Assembly (NCBI GenBank): GCA_041163785.1
Contig: JBEAQQ010000206.1
Span: forward strand, 1-39,181
Reading direction: 5' to 3'
DNA: 39,181 nucleotides
Source: Pseudomonadota bacterium
GTDB lineage: Bacteria > Pseudomonadota > Gammaproteobacteria > Pseudomonadales > JAHEIH01
The notes under the pieces were generated by a model. That model ran no database searches. It was not told the DNA's origin and saw nothing but the letters and a program-made list of their open reading frames with translations. Positions 37,677 to 39,181 of this stretch are shown here, in pieces. The stretch's first letter is position 1. The number at the start of each line of letters is the position of its first letter. The translations under genes and the position numbers were made by a program.

Positions 37677-38609
37677 ATGTCGATGGCCGACCGCGACGGT
37701 GTGATTTGGCTTGATGGTGAAATGGTACCTTGGCGCGATGCCAAAGTGCACGTGCTGACGCACACACTGCACTACGGTATGGGTGTCTTTGAGGGGGTCC
37801 GCGCCTACAACAGCGAATCGCAGGGCCCGAGCATTTTCCGTTTGAACGAGCACACCAACCGCTTGTTTAACTCGGCTCATATTCTCAATATGAAGCTCCC
37901 GTACAGCAAAGAAGAGTTGAACGAAGCGCAACGCCGCGTCGTCGCAGAAAATAATTTGCAAGAGGCCTATCTTCGCCCCATGGCCTTCCTCGGTTCAGAG
38001 GCTATGGGCCTACGTGCGGACAACTTGCAGGTCCACGTTATGGTGGCGGCATGGCACTGGCCATCATATATGACGCCCGAGGCGAAAGAACAAGGCATCA
38101 AAATCCGTACCTCATCTTTCACACGACACCATGTGAATATCACCATGTGTAAAGCCAAGGCTAACGGCAACTACATGAACTCGATGTTGGCCCTGCGTGA
38201 AGCGCTCGACAGTGGCTGCGATGAGGCGTTGCTGTTGGACAACGAGGGCTACGTTGCCGAGGGCAGCGGTGAGAACTTCTTCTTGGTGAAAGACGGTGTG
38301 ATCTACACCCCTGAATTGACCTCATGCTTAGACGGTATCACGCGAAACACCATTTTCCATTTGGCGGCCGAACTCGGTTTGACCATCAAAGAGAAACGCA
38401 TTACGCGCGACGAGGTGTACATCGCTGACGAGGCCTTCTTCACAGGCACTGCCGCTGAAGTATTGCCCATCCGCATGCTCGATGGTCGCCAGATTGGCAG
38501 CGGTGTGCGCGGTCCAATTACTGAGAAGCTGCAGACCATGTACTTCGATTCTGTGTACGGCCGTCGTCCACAGCATCCCGAGTGGCTTTCTCCCTGCTAC
38601 AAGGGCTAG
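37677..38609 (+). CDS. ilvE: Branched-chain amino acid aminotransferase (class IV)
   Basis: IWLDGEMVPWRDAKVHVLTHTLHYG, catalytic Lys region CKAKANGNYMNS, and EGSGENFF. AGGAG lies 7 nt before the ATG at 37677; the ORF track starts at a TTG at 37671. Confidence 0.95.
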   Translation: MSMADRDGVIWLDGEMVPWRDAKVHVLTHTLHYGMGVFEGVRAYNSESQGPSIFRLNEHTNRLFNSAHILNMKLPYSKEELNEAQRRVVAENNLQEAYLRPMAFLGSEAMGLRADNLQVHVMVAAWHWPSYMTPEAKEQGIKIRTSSFTRHHVNITMCKAKANGNYMNSMLALREALDSGCDEALLLDNEGYVAEGSGENFFLVKDGVIYTPELTSCLDGITRNTIFHLAAELGLTIKEKRITRDEVYIADEAFFTGTAAEVLPIRMLDGRQIGSGVRGPITEKLQTMYFDSVYGRRPQHPEWLSPCYKG

Positions 38610-38615
38610 CCAAGC

Positions 38616-39181
38616 GTGACGGATGACGCGCTCGCGCCATCCCCTGTCGGGGCCCCCTCCCCGACAGACCTCTCGGTAGTGACCATTATCAGTGTCACCT
38701 ACAACAGTTCTGCCATCGTCAAACAACTCGTGGCCAGTATCCCAGCGGGGGTCAAGGTCATCTTGGTGGACAACGGGTCAGACGACATCGAAGCGCTGCA
38801 AGCGTTAAGCAGTGACGATGTTTCCGTGTTGCACAACCACAGCAATGTTGGTTTTGGCCGCGCCTGTAATCAAGGTGCTGAGGCGGCGCATACCGAGTAT
38901 CTATTTTTCGTCAATCCAGACGCTTACTTGACTGAGGAAACCCTGCACGCACTCTTGTGCGCGGCGCACAGCTACCCCGATGCGGTGGCCTTTAATCCGG
39001 CCATTGTCGAGGGCAATGGCAAGCAATATTTTAAGCGCTCGAGTACCTTGCTGCCGCGTGCTGAGTACATGGCTCGCGGCTGGCCGAGCAGCGATAGCGC
39101 TGTCAATGTGCTAAGCGGCGCGGCCATTTTTGTTAAGAAGTCTGTGTTTCAGGCGGTGGGCGGGTTTGATGAAAACATCTT
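38616..39181 (+). CDS. Family 2 glycosyltransferase (3' end truncated by the window edge)
   Basis: Hand translation of the open frame after the ilvE stop gives ...LSVVTIISVTYNSSAIV...VDNGSDD...NVGFGRACNQG...LFFVNPDAYL...SGAAIFVKKSVFQAVGGFDENI, which are classic GT2 (GT-A fold) motifs. This frame is not in the ORF track because no stop lies in the window. The start is either GTG 38616 or GTG 38679. Confidence 0.8.
   Translation, partial: MTDDALAPSPVGAPSPTDLSVVTIISVTYNSSAIVKQLVASIPAGVKVILVDNGSDDIEALQALSSDDVSVLHNHSNVGFGRACNQGAEAAHTEYLFFVNPDAYLTEETLHALLCAAHSYPDAVAFNPAIVEGNGKQYFKRSSTLLPRAEYMARGWPSSDSAVNVLSGAAIFVKKSVFQAVGGFDENI
38644..38667 (+). other. GC-rich hairpin between ilvE and the conserved part of the GT2 gene
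   Basis: CTGTCGGGG (38644-38652) pairs with CCCCGACAG (38659-38667), an exact 9-bp reverse complement around a 6-nt C-rich loop. No T-run follows. Confidence 0.5.

Overview
This window looks like a largely core chromosomal segment of a gammaproteobacterium. Gene order resembles Pseudomonas/Cellvibrionales-type genomes (mutM, fdx-coaD, rsmD, ftsYEX-rpoH, trmB, rppH-ptsP, lgt-thyA-folA, ilvD, argA, argE, glnE-ilvE). Spot counts on single 60-nt lines gave roughly 55-60% GC. About 40 protein genes are tightly packed and nearly all are recognisable from motifs in the translated ORFs. I found no rRNA, tRNA, CRISPR array, IS element, integrase, phage gene or recognisable defence gene.

Two modules are less ordinary:
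- A six-gene TonB2-type energy-transduction cluster (DUF3450/TtpB-like, TtpC-like, ExbB, ExbD, TonB, TPR/TtpD-like) at 15.3-20.4 kb. It follows a repeat-rich 249-nt leader and has visibly lower GC and different codon usage.
- A seven-gene, translationally coupled MoxR-DUF58-DUF4381-BatA-BatB-BatD operon at 23.8-32.0 kb. It ends not in a plain TPR protein but in a secreted octaheme c-type cytochrome fused to HEAT-like and TPR repeats, and the whole operon sits between argA and argE.

The cytochrome-Bat linkage is the best candidate for something under-described here. It is a hypothesis drawn from gene order and motifs only. The other observations are small regulatory structures: candidate promoters, hairpins, inverted repeats and ambiguous start codons. 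All start codons are inferred by eye and no homology search was possible.
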